Part shown: piece by piece, positions 47,066 through 54,800 of the stretch
Numbering within the stretch: the stretch's first letter is position 1
How the letters are laid out: each line of letters begins with the position of its first letter
Assembly (NCBI GenBank): GCA_965372635.1
Contig: CBDVDA010000001.1
Coordinates: 2,860 to 66,859 of the forward strand
Direction of reading: 5' to 3'
DNA: 64,000 nt
Source of the DNA: an uncultured bacterium
Lineage (GTDB): Bacteria > Desulfobacterota > JADFVX01
Made by a program: the position numbers and the translations under genes
Notes under the pieces: model-generated
Seen by the model: the letters and a program-made list of their open reading frames with translations, nothing else
Told to the model about the DNA's origin: nothing
Database searches by the model: none

Positions 47066-48547
47066 TTGAAAATGATTCTAAAGAGTCTTATAACTAAGAT
47101 CATTGCTTCGACGACACTAATCCTTTTCATTGCCATAGGTATCTCCTGGTGGGTACACATGCGTATCTACGAAGAGCAGTTGATGGACGAGGTGAGAGAC
47201 AGGGTTGAGACGGTTCTCGATACAGCCGAGACGAGTATTTCCAAGTCGATGCGTATCGGTAAAACCGACGACACCCAAAATATACTCGAACTCGTCAATA
47301 GCCACATGAAGGAAAAGTCCGTAGTAAGAATCATTCACCCTGACGGCATCATCATTAAATCTACAAACCTGAAAGAAACGGGCAAGAGGATACCTAACAT
47401 CTTCATTAATGCCTATCGTGCGGGAAAGAAGGAGATCATTGTAGCGCACCTCGGAGAGTCGAGGGCGCTCAGCATGACTATGCCGATTAAAAATATACGC
47501 GAATGTCATCTCTGCCATGGTGAGAGCAGCAGCAGTATCGGGATTCTCAACGTCGAGCTTTCTCTTGAAGAGACCGATATCAAGCTCGGCGAGGCGAGGC
47601 GACGATCCAATATTTCGGCCATTTTCATAAGCCTGATCATTTCGCTCTTTATTTTTTTGCTGCTCTTTTGGATTGTGATCAAGCCTATTTCAAAGTTGAG
47701 TAAAAAAATGGCCTTTGCCGAAGAGGGAGACCTGACAGTTCGAAGCGGGCTGAAGAAAAGTGATGAAATTGGTCGGCTTGGGCGGAGTTTCGATTCAATG
47801 ATTGAAAAACTTCAGGATACCAGGACGGAACTGGAAAAATACCATTTCCAGCAGATGGAGCGAGCCGACAGACTCGCCTCGGTGGGAGAGTTGGCCTCGG
47901 GCATTGCCCATGAGATAAAAAACCCGCTGGCCGGGATAGCCGGCGCCGTCCAGATCCTGGCGCGCGACTTTAAGGGAGATGAGAAAAAGAGCTTTGTCGT
48001 AAAGGAGATTTTGCAGCAGATCGGCAGGCTGGACAAGTCCGTCAAGGACCTGCTAAACTATGCCAGTCCGTCAATGTCCGAATTTGTCAGGGGGGACGTG
48101 AATGCCATCATTGAGAAGGCGCTCTTCTTTGTTACCCAGCAGCCGAATGCCAAGGGAATAAAGTTTGTAAGAGAACTGGACACCGCCCTTCCCGGCGTCA
48201 GGCTGGATGACAAGCAGATTCAACAAGTTCTTTTGAACCTCTTTTTGAATGCCCTCAATGCCATGGAAAGAAAGGGCAGCCTCAGGATTTCAACCTCCGG
48301 GCAGGAAGATTCGTTCATCAATATCCGGGTGGAAGACAACGGAAAAGGTATTTCGAAGAAAAATATGCCCAAGCTTTTTATCCCATTTTATACGTCGAGG
48401 GAGGAAGGGACCGGGCTTGGTCTCTCTATCAGTAAGCGGATTGTGGAACAGCACGGCGGCAGCCTGAAAATAGAGAGCAAGGTCGGCAAAGGAACCGTCG
48501 TCGTCTTGTCACTGCCTATAGACGGGCCGGAAAAGGCACAGGATTAG
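47066..48547 (+). CDS. Sensor histidine kinase with a periplasmic c-type-heme (CXXCH) sensor domain
   Basis: TM1, a periplasmic domain of about 150 aa containing RECHLCHGESS, TM2, HAMP, HisKA (ELASGIAHEIKNPLAGI) and HATPase_c (GTGLGLSI). Confidence 0.85.
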   Translation: MKMILKSLITKIIASTTLILFIAIGISWWVHMRIYEEQLMDEVRDRVETVLDTAETSISKSMRIGKTDDTQNILELVNSHMKEKSVVRIIHPDGIIIKSTNLKETGKRIPNIFINAYRAGKKEIIVAHLGESRALSMTMPIKNIRECHLCHGESSSSIGILNVELSLEETDIKLGEARRRSNISAIFISLIISLFIFLLLFWIVIKPISKLSKKMAFAEEGDLTVRSGLKKSDEIGRLGRSFDSMIEKLQDTRTELEKYHFQQMERADRLASVGELASGIAHEIKNPLAGIAGAVQILARDFKGDEKKSFVVKEILQQIGRLDKSVKDLLNYASPSMSEFVRGDVNAIIEKALFFVTQQPNAKGIKFVRELDTALPGVRLDDKQIQQVLLNLFLNALNAMERKGSLRISTSGQEDSFINIRVEDNGKGISKKNMPKLFIPFYTSREEGTGLGLSISKRIVEQHGGSLKIESKVGKGTVVVLSLPIDGPEKAQD

Positions 48548-48551
48548 ACCG

Positions 48552-49928
48552 ATGAAAAAATTTAAGATACTTGTTGTTGATGATGAAGAATTGATCCGGT
48601 GGTCTCTGGAACAGAATCTGAAGGAAGAGGGGTACGCGACGCTCACTGCGGCAACGGGGGAAGAAGCGCTAAAGCTTGTCCGCGACGAGCTTCCCGATCT
48701 GGTTTTTCTCGATCTCCAACTCCCGGGGATCGGCGGCATGGAAGTCCTTCCGAAGATCAAGGAAATCAACAAAGATATTATTGTTATAATCATCACGGCC
48801 CTCGGTGTGGTCGAGATGGTTGTAAGGGCGATGAAGCTCGGAGCATACGACTATATCAACAAGCCCTTCAATCTCGATGAAGTCTCCATCATTGTAGAAA
48901 AGGCGATGGAAACGGTTAAGTTGAGGAAGGAGGTTGCCACCCTCCGGGCCGAACAGAGCAAGCAGTTCAACCCCGTGAACATCATCGGCATCGATCCGAG
49001 GATGAAGCAGGTCATGACTATGGTGGAAAAGGTGGCCAAGAGCGATTCCACCACCGTTCTCATTACGGGTGAGAGCGGCACGGGGAAAGAGTTGATCGCC
49101 AAGTCGATCCACAATCACAGCGCACGCGCCAGCGAACCTTTTATGGCGGTAAACTGTGCCGCACTGCCGGAAAACCTCCTGGAGAGTGAACTCCTGGGTC
49201 ATGAGCGAGGGGCCTTCACCGACGCGAAGAGCATGAAAAAAGGACTCTTCGAGATGGCCGACGGCGGGACGCTCTTCCTGGACGAAATCGGTGATATGCC
49301 GCTTGGTATGCAGGCAAAGATTTTGCGGGTTTTGGAAGATAAAATAATAAGGCGACTCGGGGGAGTGAAGGACATTCTCGTCGATGTGAGGATTATTTCG
49401 GCGACGAACAAGGACATCCTGGCTGCCATTGAAGAAGGCGCCTTCAGGAGCGACCTTTATTACCGTCTTCAGGTTATTCCTATAAAGCTGGCGCCTCTAA
49501 GAGAACGTCCGGGCGATATAATGCCGCTGGTGCTGCACTTCATTGAACAGTTTAACGCCGAATTCAACAAGGGGGTTAAAGGGGTTTCCAAGATGGCGGA
49601 GAGGTTTCTCGGGGACTATTCCTGGCCCGGCAACGTGAGAGAACTCAGAAACGTCATAGAGAGGGCGATTATCCTCGAAAACGAGGATACCCTTCTCGTT
49701 GAACACCTGCCTCTCGAAATTGTCGCCATGGGAAAGAAGCGTGTCCCCCAGAGCTCTCTCGAAATCACCCTTCCCGCCGGTGGAATCTCCATGGAGGCTG
49801 TTGAGAAGAATCTCATTCAGCAGGCCCTTTCCATCACAGGCGGGAACCAGTCCAAAGCCGCGAGAAAAGTGGGGCTCGGCATCGATGCCTTCAGGTACCG
49901 GATGAAAAAATTCGGTTTGCTCCAATAA
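48552..49928 (+). CDS. Sigma54-dependent response regulator (NtrC/PilR family: REC, AAA+ sigma54-activator, HTH)
   Basis: REC domain, GESGTGKE Walker A, GAFTDA, ESELFGHE-like motif and a C-terminal Fis-type HTH. Confidence 0.88.
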   Translation: MKKFKILVVDDEELIRWSLEQNLKEEGYATLTAATGEEALKLVRDELPDLVFLDLQLPGIGGMEVLPKIKEINKDIIVIIITALGVVEMVVRAMKLGAYDYINKPFNLDEVSIIVEKAMETVKLRKEVATLRAEQSKQFNPVNIIGIDPRMKQVMTMVEKVAKSDSTTVLITGESGTGKELIAKSIHNHSARASEPFMAVNCAALPENLLESELLGHERGAFTDAKSMKKGLFEMADGGTLFLDEIGDMPLGMQAKILRVLEDKIIRRLGGVKDILVDVRIISATNKDILAAIEEGAFRSDLYYRLQVIPIKLAPLRERPGDIMPLVLHFIEQFNAEFNKGVKGVSKMAERFLGDYSWPGNVRELRNVIERAIILENEDTLLVEHLPLEIVAMGKKRVPQSSLEITLPAGGISMEAVEKNLIQQALSITGGNQSKAARKVGLGIDAFRYRMKKFGLLQ

Positions 49929-50004
49929 CCTGTAACCCGATCTGACTCCACTTCATACTTTTCTCCACCAGGAAGCCTATTTTTTAGGCATTTACTTCTT
50001 CTGA

Positions 50005-50046
50005 CGACACATATTGCTCTTTTTGCGACACATATTGCTCTTTTTG
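50005..50046 (+). promoter_or_regulatory. Perfect 21-bp tandem direct repeat (CGACACATATTGCTCTTTTTG x2) upstream of the cytochrome genes. Candidate regulator binding site.
   Basis: Exact duplication read directly in the sequence, 115 nt upstream of the 50161 ATG and 77 nt downstream of the sigma54 regulator gene. A sigma70-like TTGCAA-N17-TATATT lies at 50057-50085. Confidence 0.45.
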
Positions 50047-50160
50047 CTTGAAGTTGTTGCAATTTATTTCGTAATATATATATTATGTGAGAGTCAGGGG
50101 TCTACTTTATCACCTATAGATAATTTCAATAATTCCAAATGAATGTGAGGAGTCATTATT

Positions 50161-50742
50161 ATGAGGAGTCGATTGATAGTATTGCTGGGTGCGTTACAGG
50201 TTTATTTGTTTGCAGGCACTCTCTATGCAGCGCCGGGCTACGTAGGCGCGGAGGGGTGCAAATGCCATAAGGCAGAAATTGCCGACTGGGAGCGAAGCGG
50301 TCACGGAAAGGCATTTAATCTGCTGAAACCGGGTAAAAAGAAATCGAAAAAGAAAAAGGCGGGGCTCGACCCCAAAAAGGATTATACGCGCGATGAAAAA
50401 TGTCTAAAATGCCATGTTACCGGCAAGGGCGAGGAGGGAGGGTTCAGGGATTTTGCCTCCACGCCCGGAATGGCCGGCGTGGGGTGCGAATCGTGCCACG
50501 GCCCCGGCAGTGAATACAGGTCTCTCCATAAGGAAAAAACGACGGCATTTTCCCGCGATGAAGCGAAGGCACTCGGCGAAACCTACGGCTCGCTCGACGC
50601 GGGGGTCTGTGAAACTTGCCACGTAAATAAGGACAACCCCTTTAAGCCGGAGATGAACAAGAAATATAAATTCGACCACGGGGCGGCGCTCAAAAAGAAT
50701 CGGGAGTTTCACGATTATTACGAACTGGAGGGGCAGCATTGA
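50161..50742 (+). CDS. Periplasmic tetraheme c-type cytochrome (NrfA/c554-superfamily-like first heme with W..SGH)
   Basis: Signal peptide. CKCHK, CLKCH, CESCH, CETCH. GCKCHKAEIADWERSGH motif. Confidence 0.8.
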   Translation: MRSRLIVLLGALQVYLFAGTLYAAPGYVGAEGCKCHKAEIADWERSGHGKAFNLLKPGKKKSKKKKAGLDPKKDYTRDEKCLKCHVTGKGEEGGFRDFASTPGMAGVGCESCHGPGSEYRSLHKEKTTAFSRDEAKALGETYGSLDAGVCETCHVNKDNPFKPEMNKKYKFDHGAALKKNREFHDYYELEGQH

Positions 50743-50805
50743 TGGCGCTTTTCCCGTCGGGCTGCCCAGTTAGACAGTTTCTCTTAGGCGCCCCGAAATA
50801 ATATA

Positions 50806-51396
50806 ATGACTCTTTCGGACATTGGCGCAGGAACCTTTGCCTTGAGTACGCTCTTATTATTTTTCGCCGGAGAGGGGTTGACGTCGGAAGCGAAATACGT
50901 TGGCGCCGAAGGATGCCAGTGCCATAGATCTGAAATCTCCGACTGGAAACGGAGTAAACACGCCAAGGCCTTCGATCTCCTCTTGCCCGGCAAGAGGAAG
51001 CTGGCGAAGAAGAGAGTTGGGCTGAAACCGGATAAGGATTACTCCCGCGACAGGAAGTGCATAAAATGCCATGTCGTTGGTTATCGGAAGGGAGGGTTTG
51101 TCAACATCAATTTCACACCCCAGTTTGCAGGGGTGGGGTGTGAGTCGTGTCACGGACCGGGAAGCAAGTACCGGGTCCTGCACGGGAAAAGGCCGCGCAC
51201 ATTTAAAAAGGCGGAAGTGAAGGCGCTCGGCCAGCACTACGGTTCCCTCGACGAGGCGGTTTGCAGGCGTTGCCACGAAAACGGGGAGAGCCCCTTTAAA
51301 CGCAGCATTGATGAAAAATACCGTTTCCATCTTAAGACGGAACTTTCGAAGACGAAGGCCTTTCATCGATACTATCCTTTGAAAGCGAAACATTAA
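50806..51396 (+). CDS. Periplasmic tetraheme c-type cytochrome, paralog of the 50161 gene
   Basis: CQCHR, CIKCH, CESCH, CRRCH. Collinear with the 50161 product at about 55% identity by eye. Confidence 0.8.
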   Translation: MTLSDIGAGTFALSTLLLFFAGEGLTSEAKYVGAEGCQCHRSEISDWKRSKHAKAFDLLLPGKRKLAKKRVGLKPDKDYSRDRKCIKCHVVGYRKGGFVNINFTPQFAGVGCESCHGPGSKYRVLHGKRPRTFKKAEVKALGQHYGSLDEAVCRRCHENGESPFKRSIDEKYRFHLKTELSKTKAFHRYYPLKAKH

Positions 51397-51453
51397 CAAT
51401 TTATTAACCCACCTTCCTGATAACGAGAAAGAAAGTTTGACAAATATTAGCCT

Positions 51454-53760
51454 ATGAAACTGAGCACAAAATTTATGAGCGCTGTCGGCCTCATTCTCCT
51501 CCTTCTCTCCATCGGCGATGTCTGGCTGAATATGAGAAAAGAGAGGGCCATCGTCACCAAAGACATCAAAAAGTGGACCTTCATCTTTGCGGAAAATGTG
51601 CGGGTTTCTCTGAACACCCTCATGCGGGAAGGGAAGATGGACATCCGTTTTGCCATGTTCGACGGCATGAAATCGGAGATCAAGGGGCTAGAAAACGTCC
51701 GGGTCATCCGGTCTCCCAAGGTGAATGAACTTTTCATGCTTGCCAACGAAAAGGACGTTATCCCCAGGGAAGAAAGCCGGATCGAGAGTATGGCGGAAGA
51801 GATTGCTGAACTGAAGGATGAGTTGCAGGACGCCCGTGACGCCGACGAGAGAAGCGACCTGAAGGAGGAGATTTCGGACCTTCTCCGCGACGTGGAAAAG
51901 AGCAAAAAAATTATCGAGGCGGCGAAGACGCCAAAGGAGATCGATAAAAGGGAACGCCCGCTGGACAACCTGGACAGGCAGGCACTCAAAACCGGCGAGA
52001 TTCTGTATGACATAGATTTTGAGGGAGACAAGGCCCGGGTTATCGTTCCCTACAAAATCCAGAAAAAGGGGTGCTCCGAGACGAGCGGCTGCCACCGCTA
52101 CGGAAAGGAAGGGGACGTGCTCGGCGGCATCAACATCGAGTTCTCCCTCACCGAAGTGAACGAAGAAATAATGAATAACAACATTACCGCTTCGCTCATC
52201 GGGGTTTTGAAGCTCGTCATTATTCTGGTGACGCTCCTCGTTATTCTCACCGTTTCCATTACGCGACCCGTAAAGAAGGTTGGCAAAATGGTCAAGGCGA
52301 TTGCCGCCGGGAAGGGGGATCTCACCCAGCGCGTCACTGTCACTTCCGAAGATGAAGTGGGAATGCTCAGCCGATGGTTCAATCTTTTCATGGACGGCTT
52401 GCAGGACATCATCAAGGATGTTTTTGCCACCAGCCAGGATATTTCTACCGTATCGAAAAAAGTAAATCAGGCGTCGGTAACGCTCAAAAATTCAAGCCAT
52501 GCACAGCGTGAAGCGATGGACGAGACTTCGTCTTCTATCCAGGAAATGAGTTCATCCATCCAGTCTATCGCCCATGAGACGGGAAACCAGTTAAAATCGA
52601 CGGAAGATGCCTCTGCCTCGGTACTGGAAATGCTGTCGTCCATTTCTGAAGTGGCCGAGCATGTGGACCAGCTTGTGAACTCGGCCGATAAAACCGCCTC
52701 ATCGGTCCACCAGATTGTTGCCTCCCTGCAACAGGTCGGCTCCCACGTGGACGACCTTTTTGGTGAGACGGCGGACGTCGTTTCCGCCGCCACCGAGATC
52801 GAAGCGGCGGTAAAAGAGGTGACCATCCACGCGAAGGAAAAGGCGCGTTTGGCCGAAAAGGTGCGGGAAAATGCCTCGTCCTTCGGCATGGCGGCCATCA
52901 AGCAGACGGCACGCGGCATGGAGAAGATCAAGAAAGAGGTAACGGCTACGGCGAGCGTCATCGACCGGCTGGAAGAGCGATCCGACGAAATCGGCCGGAT
53001 TATCAACGTCATCGAGGAGGTGGCGGAGACGACCAACCTCCTCTCGCTGAATGCCGCTATCATCGCCGCCCAGGCGGGAGAGCAGGGCAGGGGCTTTGCC
53101 GTCGTAGCCGACGAGGTGAAGGAGTTGGCGCGGAAAACGGCCTCTTCCACCAAAGAGATCACACGCCTCATCAGCCAGGTTCAGCTGGAAGTTGGGGATG
53201 CCAAGAAATCGATGGCAAATAGCTCTGCCAGTGTCGATGACGGGGTCAAGTTCTCCAAAGAGGCGAGCGGGGCTCTCTCCAAGATAATCGAAAGCGCCGA
53301 ATCATCGCTGGAGATGGCGAAGAAGGTGGAGGTGGCAACAGGTGAGCAGGCACGGGTCCTTGGCCATGTGATGGCGTCTATCCAGAAGATCAACGATATG
53401 GTAGAGGAGATCAAGCGCGCTACGGACGAACAGAAGACCGCCTCCGGTCATATACTGGAAGCTACGGAGGAAATGCGAGATTCCACACAGATGGTGCGCC
53501 GCTCCACGCAGGAGCAGTCGAGGGAGAGCGATTACATAACCAAAATCATTGCCGACGTTACGAACAAGATGCACTCCATTGCAAAGGCGACGTCGGAACA
53601 GCAGAGCGCCTCGGAAATCATCGTCAAGGCCGTCGAGACGATGCGCGACGAGATCGAAAAAAACGTAGAACTCTCCGTGCATCTGGAAGGCGTGGTGAAG
53701 GAACTGGACGAGCATCAGGAGCATCTCACCGACAAGGTAGGCTCTTTTAAGGTTGAATAA
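51454..53760 (+). CDS. Methyl-accepting chemotaxis protein with a periplasmic sensor domain homologous to the kinase sensor (variant heme motif GCSETSGCH)
   Basis: TM, a periplasmic domain of about 200 aa, TM2, HAMP and an MCP signalling domain ([26 protein letters not shown]). The sensor segment C...[19 protein letters not shown] aligns with the kinase segment CHLCHGESSSSIGILNVELSL. Confidence 0.85.
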   Translation: MKLSTKFMSAVGLILLLLSIGDVWLNMRKERAIVTKDIKKWTFIFAENVRVSLNTLMREGKMDIRFAMFDGMKSEIKGLENVRVIRSPKVNELFMLANEKDVIPREESRIESMAEEIAELKDELQDARDADERSDLKEEISDLLRDVEKSKKIIEAAKTPKEIDKRERPLDNLDRQALKTGEILYDIDFEGDKARVIVPYKIQKKGCSETSGCHRYGKEGDVLGGINIEFSLTEVNEEIMNNNITASLIGVLKLVIILVTLLVILTVSITRPVKKVGKMVKAIAAGKGDLTQRVTVTSEDEVGMLSRWFNLFMDGLQDIIKDVFATSQDISTVSKKVNQASVTLKNSSHAQREAMDETSSSIQEMSSSIQSIAHETGNQLKSTEDASASVLEMLSSISEVAEHVDQLVNSADKTASSVHQIVASLQQVGSHVDDLFGETADVVSAATEIEAAVKEVTIHAKEKARLAEKVRENASSFGMAAIKQTARGMEKIKKEVTATASVIDRLEERSDEIGRIINVIEEVAETTNLLSLNAAIIAAQAGEQGRGFAVVADEVKELARKTASSTKEITRLISQVQLEVGDAKKSMANSSASVDDGVKFSKEASGALSKIIESAESSLEMAKKVEVATGEQARVLGHVMASIQKINDMVEEIKRATDEQKTASGHILEATEEMRDSTQMVRRSTQEQSRESDYITKIIADVTNKMHSIAKATSEQQSASEIIVKAVETMRDEIEKNVELSVHLEGVVKELDEHQEHLTDKVGSFKVE

Positions 53761-53853
53761 CCCCGGTCACCGGTCGGGGATGGTACTGAAGGTGAACCAA
53801 TGAAACATGTTTTTTCAACTAGGGTGGAATACATCTTGAGGAGGAAAGAGAGA

Positions 53854-54759
53854 ATGAAGGGAGTAATGAGTGCGCTGTTGCTGGCGGCTGTTTTTCTGAT
53901 TATGCCGGCATCGGTGCAGGCAGAGGCTAACTATCTCGGCGAAAAGGAGTGTTATGCCTGCCACAAAGACATAAAAAAGGTTTATCTCGAAAACAGACAC
54001 GGGAAGGTATTCACCCGAAATCCAAAAAATGATTTACAGGCGCGGGGCTGCGAGGCGTGTCACGGCGCGGGCGGAGAACATAAGGCTGCGGCGGACCGCC
54101 TCGATAAGGGAGAAAAGGTTCCCCTCGAAATAGAAGGTTTTAAAAGAGGTGCTGAAAATGTCTCCGGCATGAACGGACGGTGTCTCACTTGCCACGAGAA
54201 GGGTGCGCGGACACACTGGCGGGGAAGCAGTCATGAGCGCGAGGAACTTGGTTGTGTTGATTGCCACACCATCCACGCAGAGGGGCGCATAGACGGTACA
54301 GAAGTCTGCCTCCGCTGCCACGTAGAACGCCGCGCGCAACTCCAGCGTTCATCTCATCTCCCATTACGGGAGGGAAAGGTGAAATGTTCGAGTTGCCATA
54401 ACCCCCACGGGAGCCTCGGTCCGTCACTCCTCAAGACCGCCTCTATAAACGAAAACTGCTACAGTTGCCACCAGGAAAAACGGGGGCCGCTGCTCTGGGA
54501 GCACGCCCCGGTACGGGAAAACTGCACCAACTGCCACAATCCCCACGGCTCCAACTACGAGGCCCTTCTCAAGATGAAGGTTCCCTATCTCTGTAAAAGC
54601 TGCCATATGGAGCAGTACCATCCAAGCTCTCTCTACGACGGTTCACAGGTCATCGCAGGCGGCGGAAATGACCGCCACACTATCGGCAGGGGATGTCTCA
54701 ATTGTCATCCCCAGGTCCACGGGTCGAACCACCCGTCGGGCGCCAGGATGCAGAGGTGA
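53854..54759 (+). CDS. Periplasmic decaheme c-type cytochrome of the MtrA/MtoA/PioA family
   Basis: Signal peptide. Ten CXXCH motifs, including CHNPHG-type motifs characteristic of the MtrA family. GGAGG RBS before the ATG at 53854. Confidence 0.85.
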   Translation: MKGVMSALLLAAVFLIMPASVQAEANYLGEKECYACHKDIKKVYLENRHGKVFTRNPKNDLQARGCEACHGAGGEHKAAADRLDKGEKVPLEIEGFKRGAENVSGMNGRCLTCHEKGARTHWRGSSHEREELGCVDCHTIHAEGRIDGTEVCLRCHVERRAQLQRSSHLPLREGKVKCSSCHNPHGSLGPSLLKTASINENCYSCHQEKRGPLLWEHAPVRENCTNCHNPHGSNYEALLKMKVPYLCKSCHMEQYHPSSLYDGSQVIAGGGNDRHTIGRGCLNCHPQVHGSNHPSGARMQR

Positions 54760-54800
54760 TCGCCATGAAAAGTATGAGAGAGAGTTTTGAGGAGGCGAAA

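Noticed and set aside
50005-50046. Sigma54 (-24/-12) promoter within the 21-bp tandem repeat
   Set aside because: CAC-ATAT-TGC has the wrong spacing for GG-N10-GC, and no TGGCAC/TTGCA pair is present.
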